From positions 40,387 to 64,386 of the forward strand of contig CAWEOZ010000017.1 of assembly GCA_963810715.1 (NCBI GenBank): a stretch of DNA of 24,000 nt. The letters are read 5' to 3'. Below, in pieces: positions 8,016 through 16,336 of this stretch; the stretch's first letter is position 1; every line of letters begins with the position of its first letter. The stretch comes from an uncultured Pseudomonadota bacterium (lineage in GTDB: Bacteria > Pseudomonadota > Alphaproteobacteria > Acetobacterales > Acetobacteraceae). Both the position numbers and the translations under genes were made by a program. The notes under the pieces were generated by a model that was not told the DNA's origin, did not search any database, and saw nothing but the letters and a program-made list of their open reading frames with translations.

Positions 8016-8942
8016 ATGGCCCAGCGCAAATCGCGCGACCTGGCCGAGCAGGCCAGTCTGCTGGACGTATTGCCGGCTGGCACCGATGCGGGTTCATCGC
8101 GGCGCGATGGAAGCTCGTTCGTCGTGACCGGCAAAGCTCGCCCACGATCTCAGTGCGGAGGGCCATCCGCAGGTTTCGCGGGTGATGGCAGAGAGGTGTT
8201 TGCCCGGCGCAAAGGGGATCATGGCGAATCCGAAGCCGATCCCGAGCGGGGCAAGGAAGGCGATTTGGCACCCGCTGGATCGGAGGGACATCGGGCCCGC
8301 ATGCGCGAGCGCCTGCTGAAGGCGGGTCCCGAGGCGCTGGCCGACCACGAAATGCTTGAAATGGTGCTGTTTCTGGCCCTGCCGCGGCGGGACACCAAGT
8401 CGATCGCGCGGGCGCTGCTGGCGCGGTTTCGCAGCTTCAGCCGCGCGATTGCGGCACCAGTCGCCGATCTGCGCGGGATCGAAGGGCTTGGTGAGGCTGG
8501 GGCAGCGGCGTTGAAGACGGTGCAGGCGGCGGCGCTGCGGCTCGCCCGGGCCGAGGTGGTGGAACAGCCGCTGCTGTCCAACTGGGATCGGCTGATGGAC
8601 TACCTGAACGCGGCCATTGCGCGGGAGCCGGTGGAGCAGTTCCGGGTGCTGTACCTGGACACGCGCAACCGCCTGCTGGCCGATGAGGCGCAGGCACGCG
8701 GCACGGTAAACCACACACCGGTCTATCCGCGCGAAGTGGTGAAACGGGCGATGGAACTGCACGCGACGGCGATGATCCTGGTGCATAATCACCCGAGCGG
8801 GGATCCTTCTCCGTCCGCCGCGGATGTGGAGATGACGCGGGAGGTCCAGCGAGCGGCAGCGACACTTTCGGTGCTGTTGCACGACCACATCATAGTCGGA
8901 AACGGGCGATGGACGAGTTTCCGGCAGGAGGGTTTGCTTTGA
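8016..8942 (+). CDS. radC: RadC-family JAB-domain protein with a roughly 95-aa low-complexity N-terminal extension
   Basis: GGGAG (8005-8009) precedes ATG 8016. The core is GHRARMRERLLKAGPEALADHEMLEMVLF, with a helix-hairpin-helix region and the JAMM-like HNHPSGDPSPSAADVEMT. The map-radC adjacency is common in alphaproteobacteria. The start codon is uncertain. Confidence 0.8.
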   Translation: MAQRKSRDLAEQASLLDVLPAGTDAGSSRRDGSSFVVTGKARPRSQCGGPSAGFAGDGREVFARRKGDHGESEADPERGKEGDLAPAGSEGHRARMRERLLKAGPEALADHEMLEMVLFLALPRRDTKSIARALLARFRSFSRAIAAPVADLRGIEGLGEAGAAALKTVQAAALRLARAEVVEQPLLSNWDRLMDYLNAAIAREPVEQFRVLYLDTRNRLLADEAQARGTVNHTPVYPREVVKRAMELHATAMILVHNHPSGDPSPSAADVEMTREVQRAAATLSVLLHDHIIVGNGRWTSFRQEGLL

Positions 8943-9139
8943 GGCTGCCGGGGTCCGCCCGCCGCTTCGAGTGAAAGGTGCGTTCATGAAACGTATATTT
9001 GGCAACTATACCTGTCCCGGATGACATCGCCGCGTGCAGGTGGCGGGCTCCGCACGGTCTGCCGAGGCTTCGGATAGCGTACCGGCGACGCCAGCGTGCT
9101 ATCGAAGACGCATCTTGACCTGGACGTGCAGCGCGAAGA

Positions 9140-9760
9140 ATGAACATCACGAGCTATTGGCTGATCCGTCACGCGATCGTGGATGAGAATGCGCGGGCCA
9201 TTTTGTATGGCGCGCTGGACGTCGAGCTGTGCCCGACCAGCCTGGTGGAGCAGCAGCCGATGTACGCCGCCCTGGCACGCCGCCTGCCGCAGCCGGCGAT
9301 CTGGGTGACCAGCGGGCTGTCGCGTACCCGGTGCACAGCCGAGGCGATCTTCGCCGCCGGTTATCCGGCGGTGGAGCTGGAAGTCGAAGCGGATTTGGCG
9401 GAACAGCATCTGGGTGAGTGGCAGGGGCTGGCCCATGCCGAGTTGCCGCCGAAACTGTCGCTGCCAAAGCACGCGTTCTGGCCGCTGGGCGGGCGGGAAC
9501 GCCCGCCGGGCGGGGAGAGCATGGATGATGTAATCCGGCGAGTTGGGCTGGCACTTGAACGGTTGGCGGACACGCATTCCGGGCAGGAGATGGTGCTGGT
9601 CAGCCATGGCGGGGCGATCCGTGCGGCGGTGGCACATGCGCTCGGTATCGGACCCGACAATTCGCTGCATCTTGCGATCCAGAACCTGTCGCTCACGCGG
9701 CTGGAACGCCAGCCGACCGGTTGGCGCGTGCTGTGCGTGAACGAGCTTCCTGGTTATTGA
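9140..9760 (+). CDS. Histidine phosphatase family protein (phosphoglycerate-mutase-like)
   Basis: A 206-aa ORF with N-terminal YWLIRHA (RH catalytic motif) and a distal VLVSHGGAIRA motif. Confidence 0.75.
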   Translation: MNITSYWLIRHAIVDENARAILYGALDVELCPTSLVEQQPMYAALARRLPQPAIWVTSGLSRTRCTAEAIFAAGYPAVELEVEADLAEQHLGEWQGLAHAELPPKLSLPKHAFWPLGGRERPPGGESMDDVIRRVGLALERLADTHSGQEMVLVSHGGAIRAAVAHALGIGPDNSLHLAIQNLSLTRLERQPTGWRVLCVNELPGY

Positions 9761-9939
9761 GTGGGGCTGGTGCGACCGACTCTGGACGGGTGTGCTACCC
9801 TCTGCAGGTTAATCATGGCTGTTGGCATGCCCACGAATTGCTTCCGCGTACGGGATGCTCGCCGGGCTGGCAGCGCGGCAAACGTTGCCGGCAAACGGGA
9901 AGGTGGATCTGGCCAGCACGAGTTTGGGGGATAGGATTC

Positions 9940-10791
9940 ATGAAGCGCTTAGTTGTGGCAGCCGGGCTGGTGATGTTGCCGATGGTGGCACATGCCCAGA
10001 GCGACTCGCAGGCACTGGTCGATCGCTCCGCGCTGGCGTTGCAGGACGCGATGCAATTGCAGGAGTCGCAGCAGCCGCGCATCTCTCTCAGTCATGCGCG
10101 CGCGGTGGTCATTTGTCCGCGGATGTTCAAGGCGGGTTTCTTCTTTGGCGGTGCCGGCGGGAACTGCGTGCTGATGGGGCGGGCCGGTAATGGCACGTGG
10201 TCCTATCCTGCCTTCTACACGATCGGCAGCTTCAGTTTCGGATTGCAGATCGGGTTGCAGGATTCCGAGGTCATCATGTTGATCATGACGAACCGCGGGC
10301 TCAATGCGATCCTGGACAGCAGCTTCAAGATCGGCGCCGGGGCATCGATCGCGATCGCGGTGATCGGCGGCGGGATACAGGGCGATACAACCGCTGCAGT
10401 GGGCGCCGACATCCTCGCATTCTCGATTGCACGCGGAGCGTTCGTCGGGATTTCGCTGGAGGGGTCGGTGCTGAACTCCCGCTCCGGCTGGGACCAGGCG
10501 TATTACGGGCAACCGATCGATGCACGGCAGATCGTCATTCAGATGCAGGGCCGCAATCCGGGGGCGGATCCTTTGCGGGAGGTGTTGACGCGGTATGGCG
10601 CGCCGATGCCCGAAGTGGCGGCGGTCCCGCAATACCAGGCGTCGCCGCCACCCCCTCCGCCTCCGCCCGGGTATGCAGCGCCGCCGGCGGCTTATGCGCC
10701 GCCGGCGTCTGCCCCGCCTTCATACGGACAGCCGGTCAATTTGCAGCCGGGCGCGCCGATCCAGCAACAGAATCTGCCGCCGCCCGGGTAA
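9940..10791 (+). CDS. Secreted SYLF (DUF500/Ysc84-like) lipid-binding domain protein with a proline-rich C-terminal tail
   Basis: ATG 9940 gives the signal peptide MKRLVVAAGLVMLPMVAHA/Q. The SYLF core is FKAGFFFGGAGGNCVLMGRAGNGTWSYPAFYTIGSFSFGLQIG...FVGISLEGSVL. The tail SPPPPPPPPGYAAPPAAYAPPASAPPSYGQP spans 10642-10788. The track start at 9721 has no signal peptide, so I rejected it. Confidence 0.75.
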   Translation: MKRLVVAAGLVMLPMVAHAQSDSQALVDRSALALQDAMQLQESQQPRISLSHARAVVICPRMFKAGFFFGGAGGNCVLMGRAGNGTWSYPAFYTIGSFSFGLQIGLQDSEVIMLIMTNRGLNAILDSSFKIGAGASIAIAVIGGGIQGDTTAAVGADILAFSIARGAFVGISLEGSVLNSRSGWDQAYYGQPIDARQIVIQMQGRNPGADPLREVLTRYGAPMPEVAAVPQYQASPPPPPPPPGYAAPPAAYAPPASAPPSYGQPVNLQPGAPIQQQNLPPPG

Positions 10792-10877
10792 GCGGCATGA
10801 TCCACCTGCTGGTGGACCGTATGCGTCGGCTGCGTGATGCGGTGCCGGCGGCCATGCCGGCGTAACGCGGGGCGCGT

Positions 10878-11387
10878 TCAGAACGTTCCGACATAATCAC
10901 GTTTGCCGATCTCGACGCCATTGTGGCGCAGGATCGCGTAGGCTGTCGTGGTGTGGAAGAAGAAGTGCGGGTAGCAAAAGTGCAGCAGGTACGCGCGGCC
11001 TTTCATTGAGCGTTGCTGGGTGCCGGCGGTCCAGTTGATATCCTTGTCCTCGGTGCCTTCGATCTGCTCGCGGCGGAATCCTTGCACGAAGTCGAGCGAC
11101 CGTGCCACCCGGTCCTTCAGGTCGGCAAAGGAGGTGCCGTCTGCATCGGGAAATGCTGGCAGCGTGACGCCGGCGAGGCGACCCGGCGCGTTGCGGCCGA
11201 AGTCGCTCGCGACGCGCACCTGGCGGGCGAGGGTAAACATATCGGGATAAAGGCGGGCCTGCAGGAACGCGGATTCATCCAGTTTCTTTTCAGACGCATG
11301 TGCCGCAGCCTTGTCGATGATATTGGCCAGGCTGCCGAGCATTTGCGTGAAGACGGGGATACAGGCATCATACATCGAGAATGACAT
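10878..11387 (-). CDS. DUF1993 family protein
   Basis: ATG 11387 is preceded by GGAGG (complement of 11396-11400). The translation MSFSMYDACIPVFTQMLGSLANIIDKAAAH...FFFHTTTAYAILRHNGVEIGKRDYVG closely matches my recollection of the DUF1993 family. Confidence 0.7.
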   Translation of the reverse strand: MSFSMYDACIPVFTQMLGSLANIIDKAAAHASEKKLDESAFLQARLYPDMFTLARQVRVASDFGRNAPGRLAGVTLPAFPDADGTSFADLKDRVARSLDFVQGFRREQIEGTEDKDINWTAGTQQRSMKGRAYLLHFCYPHFFFHTTTAYAILRHNGVEIGKRDYVGTF

Positions 11388-11494
11388 GGAACAAACCTCC
11401 TTCTTGCCGGTGGAATCGTGATTCCGGCCGCCGCGCCGCAGGTTATTGAACCCGACCGACCGTATCTGAGCAACTGAACCAGTATTCGAGGGGC

Positions 11495-12181
11495 ATGTCA
11501 CCTCACCACGCTCATCTGCTCGCGCATGCCGGCTATGGCGCAATCATGCTGGCGATTGCGATCGAGAGTCTGGGAATCCCGTTTCCCGGCGAGGCGACGC
11601 TGATTGCTGCGGCGATCTATGCCGGCACGAGCCACGGGTTGGATATCGGCCTGGTGATCGGGGCGGCGGCGTTCGGGGCGTTTGTCGGTGGCGTGGTCGG
11701 GTACTGGCTGGGCAGGTCGTTCGGGTTGTGGCTGCTGCTGAAATTTGGGCCGTATGTCGGCCTGAATGAGCGGCGGATAAAGCTGGGCCAGTATCTGTTC
11801 CTGCGGCATGGCGGGAAGGTCGTGTTCTTCGGCCGGTTCGTAGCGGTGCTGCGGGCGCTCGCGTCGTTTCTGGCTGGGGCGAACCGGATGAGCTGGCCGC
11901 GCTTTCTGGTGTTCAATGCGCTGGGCGGCGCGGTGTGGGCATCGATGTATGGCTGGGGTGCTTATACCTTCGGAAAAGAGATACACCATCTGCTTGGCCC
12001 GGTGGGCATCGGGTTGGGCGTGGTCGCGGTGGCGCTGATCATCGCCGGGTTCGTGTTCCTGAAGAAGAACGAAACACGGCTGGAGAATGAGGCCGAACGT
12101 GTGTTGCCGGGGCCGATCCGGCGGCCGGAAATCAGCCCGCGCCAAGATGACGGCGCTCGAGATTCGGCAGGAACACAGTGA
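11495..12181 (+). CDS. DedA-family (VTT/SNARE-associated domain) inner-membrane protein
   Basis: A 228-aa ORF with multiple hydrophobic segments and the DedA-typical IPFPGEATLIAAAIYA...GYWLGRSFG...FFGRFVAVLRALASFLAGANRM. Its 3' end overlaps the convergent MFS gene by 50 nt. Confidence 0.85.
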   Translation: MSPHHAHLLAHAGYGAIMLAIAIESLGIPFPGEATLIAAAIYAGTSHGLDIGLVIGAAAFGAFVGGVVGYWLGRSFGLWLLLKFGPYVGLNERRIKLGQYLFLRHGGKVVFFGRFVAVLRALASFLAGANRMSWPRFLVFNALGGAVWASMYGWGAYTFGKEIHHLLGPVGIGLGVVAVALIIAGFVFLKKNETRLENEAERVLPGPIRRPEISPRQDDGARDSAGTQ

Positions 12182-13353
12182 GCAGCCCGATCAGGGGCAG
12201 CCAGGCGCATAGTCGATAAACCGTCTCGATGCTGGTCGCGTCGGCCAGTTGCCCGAGCAGCGCCGCACCGAGGCCGCCCATGCCGAACGCAAAACCGAAA
12301 AACAAGCCGGCGATCGTGCCGACTTTTCCCGGAACCAACTCGGTCGCGTAGACCAGAATGGCGGCGAAGGCCGAGGACAGGATCAACCCGATGGCGACGG
12401 TCAGCACGCCTGTCCAGAACAGATTTGCGTGCGGCAGCATGAAGGTGAATGGAAACACCCCGAGGATCGAAAACCAGATCACGAGCTTGCGGCCGAACCG
12501 GTCGCCGATCGGGCCTCCGGCAAACGTGCCAACCGCCATCGATCCAAGGAAAACGAACAGGTACAGTTCTGCCGACCTGGTAGAGATATGAAACTTCTGG
12601 ATCAAATAGAGCGTGTAATAGGAATTCAGGCTGGCGGTGTAGAAGAATTTCGAAAAGATCAACATGCCGAGAATGCCGAGCGCCAGCAGTACGCGCGAGC
12701 GGGGTAGTGTCGCGTGGAACTCGGCAGAGTGGCGCCGGCCACGGTAAATGGGTCCGTTGCACTCGATACCAGCGGCTGACGTTGGAGAGCACCAGGATGG
12801 CCAGCATTGCCGCGGCGGTGAACCAGACGATGCTGGTCTGGCCGCGCGGCACGACGATGAAGGCGGCCAGCAGCGGACCGAACGCGGACCCGGCGTTGCC
12901 GCCGACCTGGAACAGGGATTGCGCGAGCCCATGCCGTCCGCCGGAGGCCATTCGGGCCACACGGGACGACTCCGGATGGAATACCGAGGATCCTACGCCG
13001 ACCAGTGCGGCAGCTACCAGGATCGTGTGGAAGCTGCCGGCGCGGGCCAGCACGACCAGGCCGACAAGGGTGAAGCCCATCGCCAGCGGCAACGAATAGG
13101 GCATCGGCCGGCGGTCGGCGGCAAGCCCGACCAGAGGCTGCAGCAACGATGCGGTGAGCTGGAAAGCGAGCGTGATCAGCCCGACCTGAGCGAAGTCCAG
13201 CCCGTAGGACTGCTTCAGCACCGGATAGACCGCCGGCACCAGCGACTGGATCATGTCGTTGAGCATGTGGGAGAAGCTCAGCGACAGCAGGATCGCGAAC
13301 GTCGTGGTCTCGGCCGCGGGGCGGGCGGCGGCGGCGATGGTCTGGTCGCTCAA
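12132..13353 (-). pseudogene. Fsr-like (fosmidomycin-resistance type) MFS transporter, one +1 frame disruption as sequenced
   Basis: The start is TTG 13353. The N-terminal half (LSLSFSHMLNDMIQSLVPAVYPVLKQSYGLDFAQVGLI...SRWY) is in one frame. The C-terminal half (LPRSRVLLALGILGMLIFSKFFYTASLNSYYTLYLIQKF...) is in another. The junction is at about 12744-12756. Confidence 0.8.
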
Positions 13354-13491
13354 GGGACGTCTCGCGGCGGTGGCCGACTGATTAAGTCACGCCAGGCCGC
13401 GGCAACCAGTGCGTGATCGGGGTGGCTGGTCTGCTGCGCCCTCACCCGGTCCGCTGCGCGAACCGACCCCCGATCGGGTGGGGGGCAAGCT

Positions 13492-13514
13492 CTCTCCCGC
13501 AAAGAGCGGGAGAG
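13492..13514. repeat. REP-like GC-rich hairpin (9-bp stem) between the enoyl-CoA hydratase and MFS genes
   Basis: CTCTCCCGC (13492-13500), loop AAAGA, GCGGGAGAG (13506-13514). The palindrome CCCGATCGGG lies just upstream. No U-tract follows on either strand. Confidence 0.45.
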
Positions 13515-13534
13515 GTGAAGCGGTTCCTTAGGTT

Positions 13535-14357
13535 CTAGCGGCCCTGGAACCTGGGGCGGCGCTTTTCCATGAAGGCGGTGCGGCCTTCGCGATAATCGTC
13601 GCTGTTGAAGCACGTCTCGCCGGCGCGGCGGATCGCGTCCATGTCGCGCTCGGCAGGGTCCTTCATGACCTCGGTGATGGTCAGCTTGGATGCGGCCACC
13701 GAGAGGGGGGCGTTGTCGGCGATGGTGCGGGCGATCTCCAGCACCTCGTTGGTAAGTTCTTCGTCCTCGACCGCCTTGTTGATCAGCCCGATGCGTTCGG
13801 CTTCGCGCGCGTCGATGCGGTTGGCCGTGTAGAGGATCATGCGGGCGTGCGCCGGACCGACCAACTGGACGAGTTTGCGCAGTCCTTCGAAGCCATAGGC
13901 GATGGACAGGCGGGCTGCCGGGATGCCGAACTGGCTGTCGAAAGCGGCGATCCGCAGATCCGCCTGCATGGCGATTGCCAGTCCGCCGCCGAGGCAGAAT
14001 CCGCGGATGCGGGCGATCGTCGGGTTTCGGGAAAGCGGCCAGCTTGTCGCGGCCTATGCTGGTCAGCCGATCGTATTCGCGCTGCGCGTCGGCATTGGAG
14101 CGGTTCTTCTCGAACTGGCTGATATCGGCGCCGGAGACGAACGCCTTGGTGCCGGCGCCGGTCAGGATGACGACGCGGACCGCGCTATCCTCACGGAACT
14201 CATCGAGGATCTCGGCCAGCCCGCCCCACATCTCGATCGACATGGCGTTGCGCTTCTCGGGCTGATTGAAGGTGATCAGTCCGACTCCATCATCCTTCGC
14301 GGCGAGCATCTTGCCGCCGGCATATTCGCGCGTCGCCGCGCCGATCACGGTGTCCAT
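13535..14357 (-). pseudogene. Enoyl-CoA hydratase/isomerase family protein, one +1 frame disruption as sequenced
   Basis: The N-terminal frame is MDTVIGAATREYAGGKMLAAKDDGVGLITFNQPEKRNAM...VVILTGAGTKAFVSGADISQF...AAFPKP. It continues as TIARIRGFCLGGGLAIAMQADLRIAA...DYREGRTAFMEKRRPRFQGR in the next frame. The junction is at the GGG run 14022-14024 (window 14021-14024). Confidence 0.85.
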
Positions 14358-14358
14358 C

Positions 14359-15570
14359 TCAGATCACTCCCTTGCGGCGCATGTTCCCGATTTCGTCATC
14401 GCTGTAGCCGACCGAACGCAGCACCTCGTCGGTGCTGGACCCGGCTTCCGGCGTGGGGATGCGAACGTCCTTGGAGAACCCGGAGATACTGATCGCGGAC
14501 GCAACCACCGCGGTGTCGCCGACCACCGGGCTGTGCATCGGGCGGGCCATGCGCAGGTGCCTGACCTGCGGATCGGCGAACACCTGGTCGATCGTGTAGA
14601 TCGGGCCGCATGGGATACCGTTGGCCTCGAACAGCTCGATCCAGTGATCGGCAGGCCTGGTGCGGGTGATCTCGCCGATCGAGGCGTTGATGGCGGCGCG
14701 GTCATCGCTGCGGCCCTTCTGTGTCTTCCATTTCTCGTGCTGTTTCCAGTCCGTGCGGCCGATCGTGTCGCAGAACCGGTCCCACAGCCGTCCGGAGCTG
14801 GCGGCAATGTTGATGTGGCCGTCAGAGGTGGGGAAGACGCCGGTGGGAATCCCGGTGGGGTGGTCGTTGCCGGCCTGTTTCGCCACTTCCTTGGCCATCA
14901 GCCAGCGCGACGCCTGGAAGTCCAGCATGAAAATCTGGGCTTCCAGCAGGCTGGTGGTGACCCAGCGGCCGACGCCGGTGCGCTCGCGATCGAAGATCGC
15001 CATCATGGTGCCCAGCGCCAGCAGGTTGCCGGCGGTGAGGTCGTCGATCGGGATGCCGACGCGCATCGGGCCGCGGCCGGGCTCGCCGGTGATGGACATG
15101 AGGCCGCCCATGCCCTGGGCGATCTGGTCCACGCCGGCGCGGTGCCCGTACGGGCCGTCCTGGCCGAAGCCGCTGATGCTGGCATAGACGATGCGCGGAT
15201 TGATGGCGCGCACATCGTCGTACGACACCTTGAGCCGGTGCTTCACCTGCGCGCGCATGTTCTCGACGACGATGTCGGCAGTACGGGCGAGGCGCATGAA
15301 AGCTTCGTGGCCGGCCGGGTCTTTGAGGTTCAACTGGATTGCGCGCTTGTTGCGATGCAGGTTCTGAAAGTCGAAGCCGCGGCGGTTGCCGGCGATGTCC
15401 TCCCCGCCGGTGGGCGGCGGCTCGATGCGGATCACGTCGGCGCCCCAGTCGGCCAGGTGCCGCACACAGGTGGGGCCAGCGCGGGCCAGGGTCAGATCCA
15501 GCACGGTCAGGCCATTGAGCGGCAGGCGCGTTTCGGTGCGCTGGGCGAGGTCGGCAGGGCTTTCGAGCAT
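14359..15570 (-). CDS. CaiB/BaiF-family (class III) CoA-transferase
   Basis: ATG 15570 is preceded by GGAG (complement of 15579-15582). The translation is MLESPADLAQRTETRLPLNGLTVLDLTLARAGPTCVRHLADWGADVIRIEPP... The stop lies 1 nt before the hydratase ATG, and an AAGGGAG Shine-Dalgarno for the hydratase sits inside its 3' end, so the two genes form an operon. Confidence 0.85.
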   Translation of the reverse strand: MLESPADLAQRTETRLPLNGLTVLDLTLARAGPTCVRHLADWGADVIRIEPPPTGGEDIAGNRRGFDFQNLHRNKRAIQLNLKDPAGHEAFMRLARTADIVVENMRAQVKHRLKVSYDDVRAINPRIVYASISGFGQDGPYGHRAGVDQIAQGMGGLMSITGEPGRGPMRVGIPIDDLTAGNLLALGTMMAIFDRERTGVGRWVTTSLLEAQIFMLDFQASRWLMAKEVAKQAGNDHPTGIPTGVFPTSDGHINIAASSGRLWDRFCDTIGRTDWKQHEKWKTQKGRSDDRAAINASIGEITRTRPADHWIELFEANGIPCGPIYTIDQVFADPQVRHLRMARPMHSPVVGDTAVVASAISISGFSKDVRIPTPEAGSSTDEVLRSVGYSDDEIGNMRRKGVI

Positions 15571-15626
15571 GCGGGATCTCCTACTATGGGGATTGTCCGC
15601 CGGCTTGGCGGTCCGTTCAATGGGGC

Positions 15627-16244
15627 ATGGACGTGGTCGACCTGGCACTTGTGCTGGCGGTGGATGGCTCAGCCAGCGTGACCTATGACGAGTTCAACCT
15701 GATCGCCGGGGGCATGGGGGCGGCGCTGCGGGATCCGGCGGTGGTTCGCGGCCTGACCGGCGGCCCGGCAAAAGCGAGCCTGTGCGCGCTGCTGTTATGG
15801 TCTGGAACCGGCGCGCAGGACGTGATCGTGGACTGGGTGCGGGTGGGTTCGGCCGCGGACGCCGCCGGCTTTGCCGATGCGGTCGAGAATATGCCGCGCT
15901 CGGTGCCAGCCGGGGAGACGGCGATCGGCGAGGCGTTGCTGCGGGCATTGGAGCTGCTGGCTGGGGCGCCGGCATCGGCGCACCATCAGATCGTGGATGT
16001 GGTCGGCGATGGTCGATCGAATGCGGGCATCCCGCCGGGCCCGGTGCGGGACCGGATGGCGGCGGCGGGGATCACCATCAACGGGTTGTGCGTCCTGCAC
16101 GAGGAGCCGGACCTGCTGGAGAGTTACACAAGGGAGGTGATCGGGGGGCCGGGTTCCTTTGCGGTCACGTGCAAGGATTACGCGGAATTTGCCGCGGCGA
16201 TGCGGCGCAAGTTGCTGCGGGAGGTCAATGTGCCGGTGGCCTGA
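15627..16244 (+). CDS. DUF1194 (vWA-like) domain protein; N-terminus uncertain
   Basis: The translation VDLALVLAVDGSASVTYDEFNLIAGGMGAALRDPAV...ITINGL fits my recollection of DUF1194. As called from ATG 15627 it has no signal peptide. A signal-like sequence exists upstream in another frame (see findings). Confidence 0.6.
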   Translation: MDVVDLALVLAVDGSASVTYDEFNLIAGGMGAALRDPAVVRGLTGGPAKASLCALLLWSGTGAQDVIVDWVRVGSAADAAGFADAVENMPRSVPAGETAIGEALLRALELLAGAPASAHHQIVDVVGDGRSNAGIPPGPVRDRMAAAGITINGLCVLHEEPDLLESYTREVIGGPGSFAVTCKDYAEFAAAMRRKLLREVNVPVA

Positions 16245-16336
16245 CGGGTTGGGTGGGTGCGGGCTGCGACCGATATTGGCAGTATCGGTAGGATGAGCGG
16301 CTTGCATGACGCGGTCCGTCGACCGATACAGGCGGC

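Noticed and set aside
6851-8134. A 427-aa minus-strand ORF opposite map
   Set aside because: It is a shadow ORF antisense to an intact methionine aminopeptidase gene and has no recognisable motifs.
8984-9022. An AT-richer patch with a 12-codon ORF (MKRIFGNYTCPG) downstream of radC
   Set aside because: It is too short, has no Shine-Dalgarno and shows no supporting features.
9068-9106. An imperfect long hairpin CTTCGGATAGC...GCTATCGAAG downstream of radC
   Set aside because: The stem is interrupted (5+5 bp with a bulge), the loop is 22 nt, and there is no U-tract. This is too weak to call a terminator or RNA element.
9115-9143. TTGACC at 9115-9120 as the -35 element of a promoter for the histidine phosphatase gene
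   Set aside because: No acceptable -10 hexamer lies at 16-18-nt spacing (the sequence there is GAATGA), and it would overlap the start codon.
10844-10878. Two adjacent GC hairpins (GCCGGC-GGCCAT-GCCGGC and AACGCG-GGG-CGCGTT) between the convergent SYLF and DUF1993 genes, considered as bidirectional terminators
   Set aside because: The stems are short (6 bp), one loop is only 3 nt, and no U-tract follows on either strand. They are plausible but unsupported as intrinsic terminators.
12132-12181. A 50-nt overlap of the convergent DedA and MFS 3' ends as a sign of another frameshift or antisense regulation
   Set aside because: Both C-termini read plausibly, and convergent overlaps are common in GC-rich genomes. 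Nothing in the sequence points to more than that.
14266-15681. A 471-aa plus-strand ORF opposite the CoA-transferase
   Set aside because: It is a shadow ORF. The minus-strand product has clear CaiB/BaiF family sequence, whereas this one does not resemble anything.
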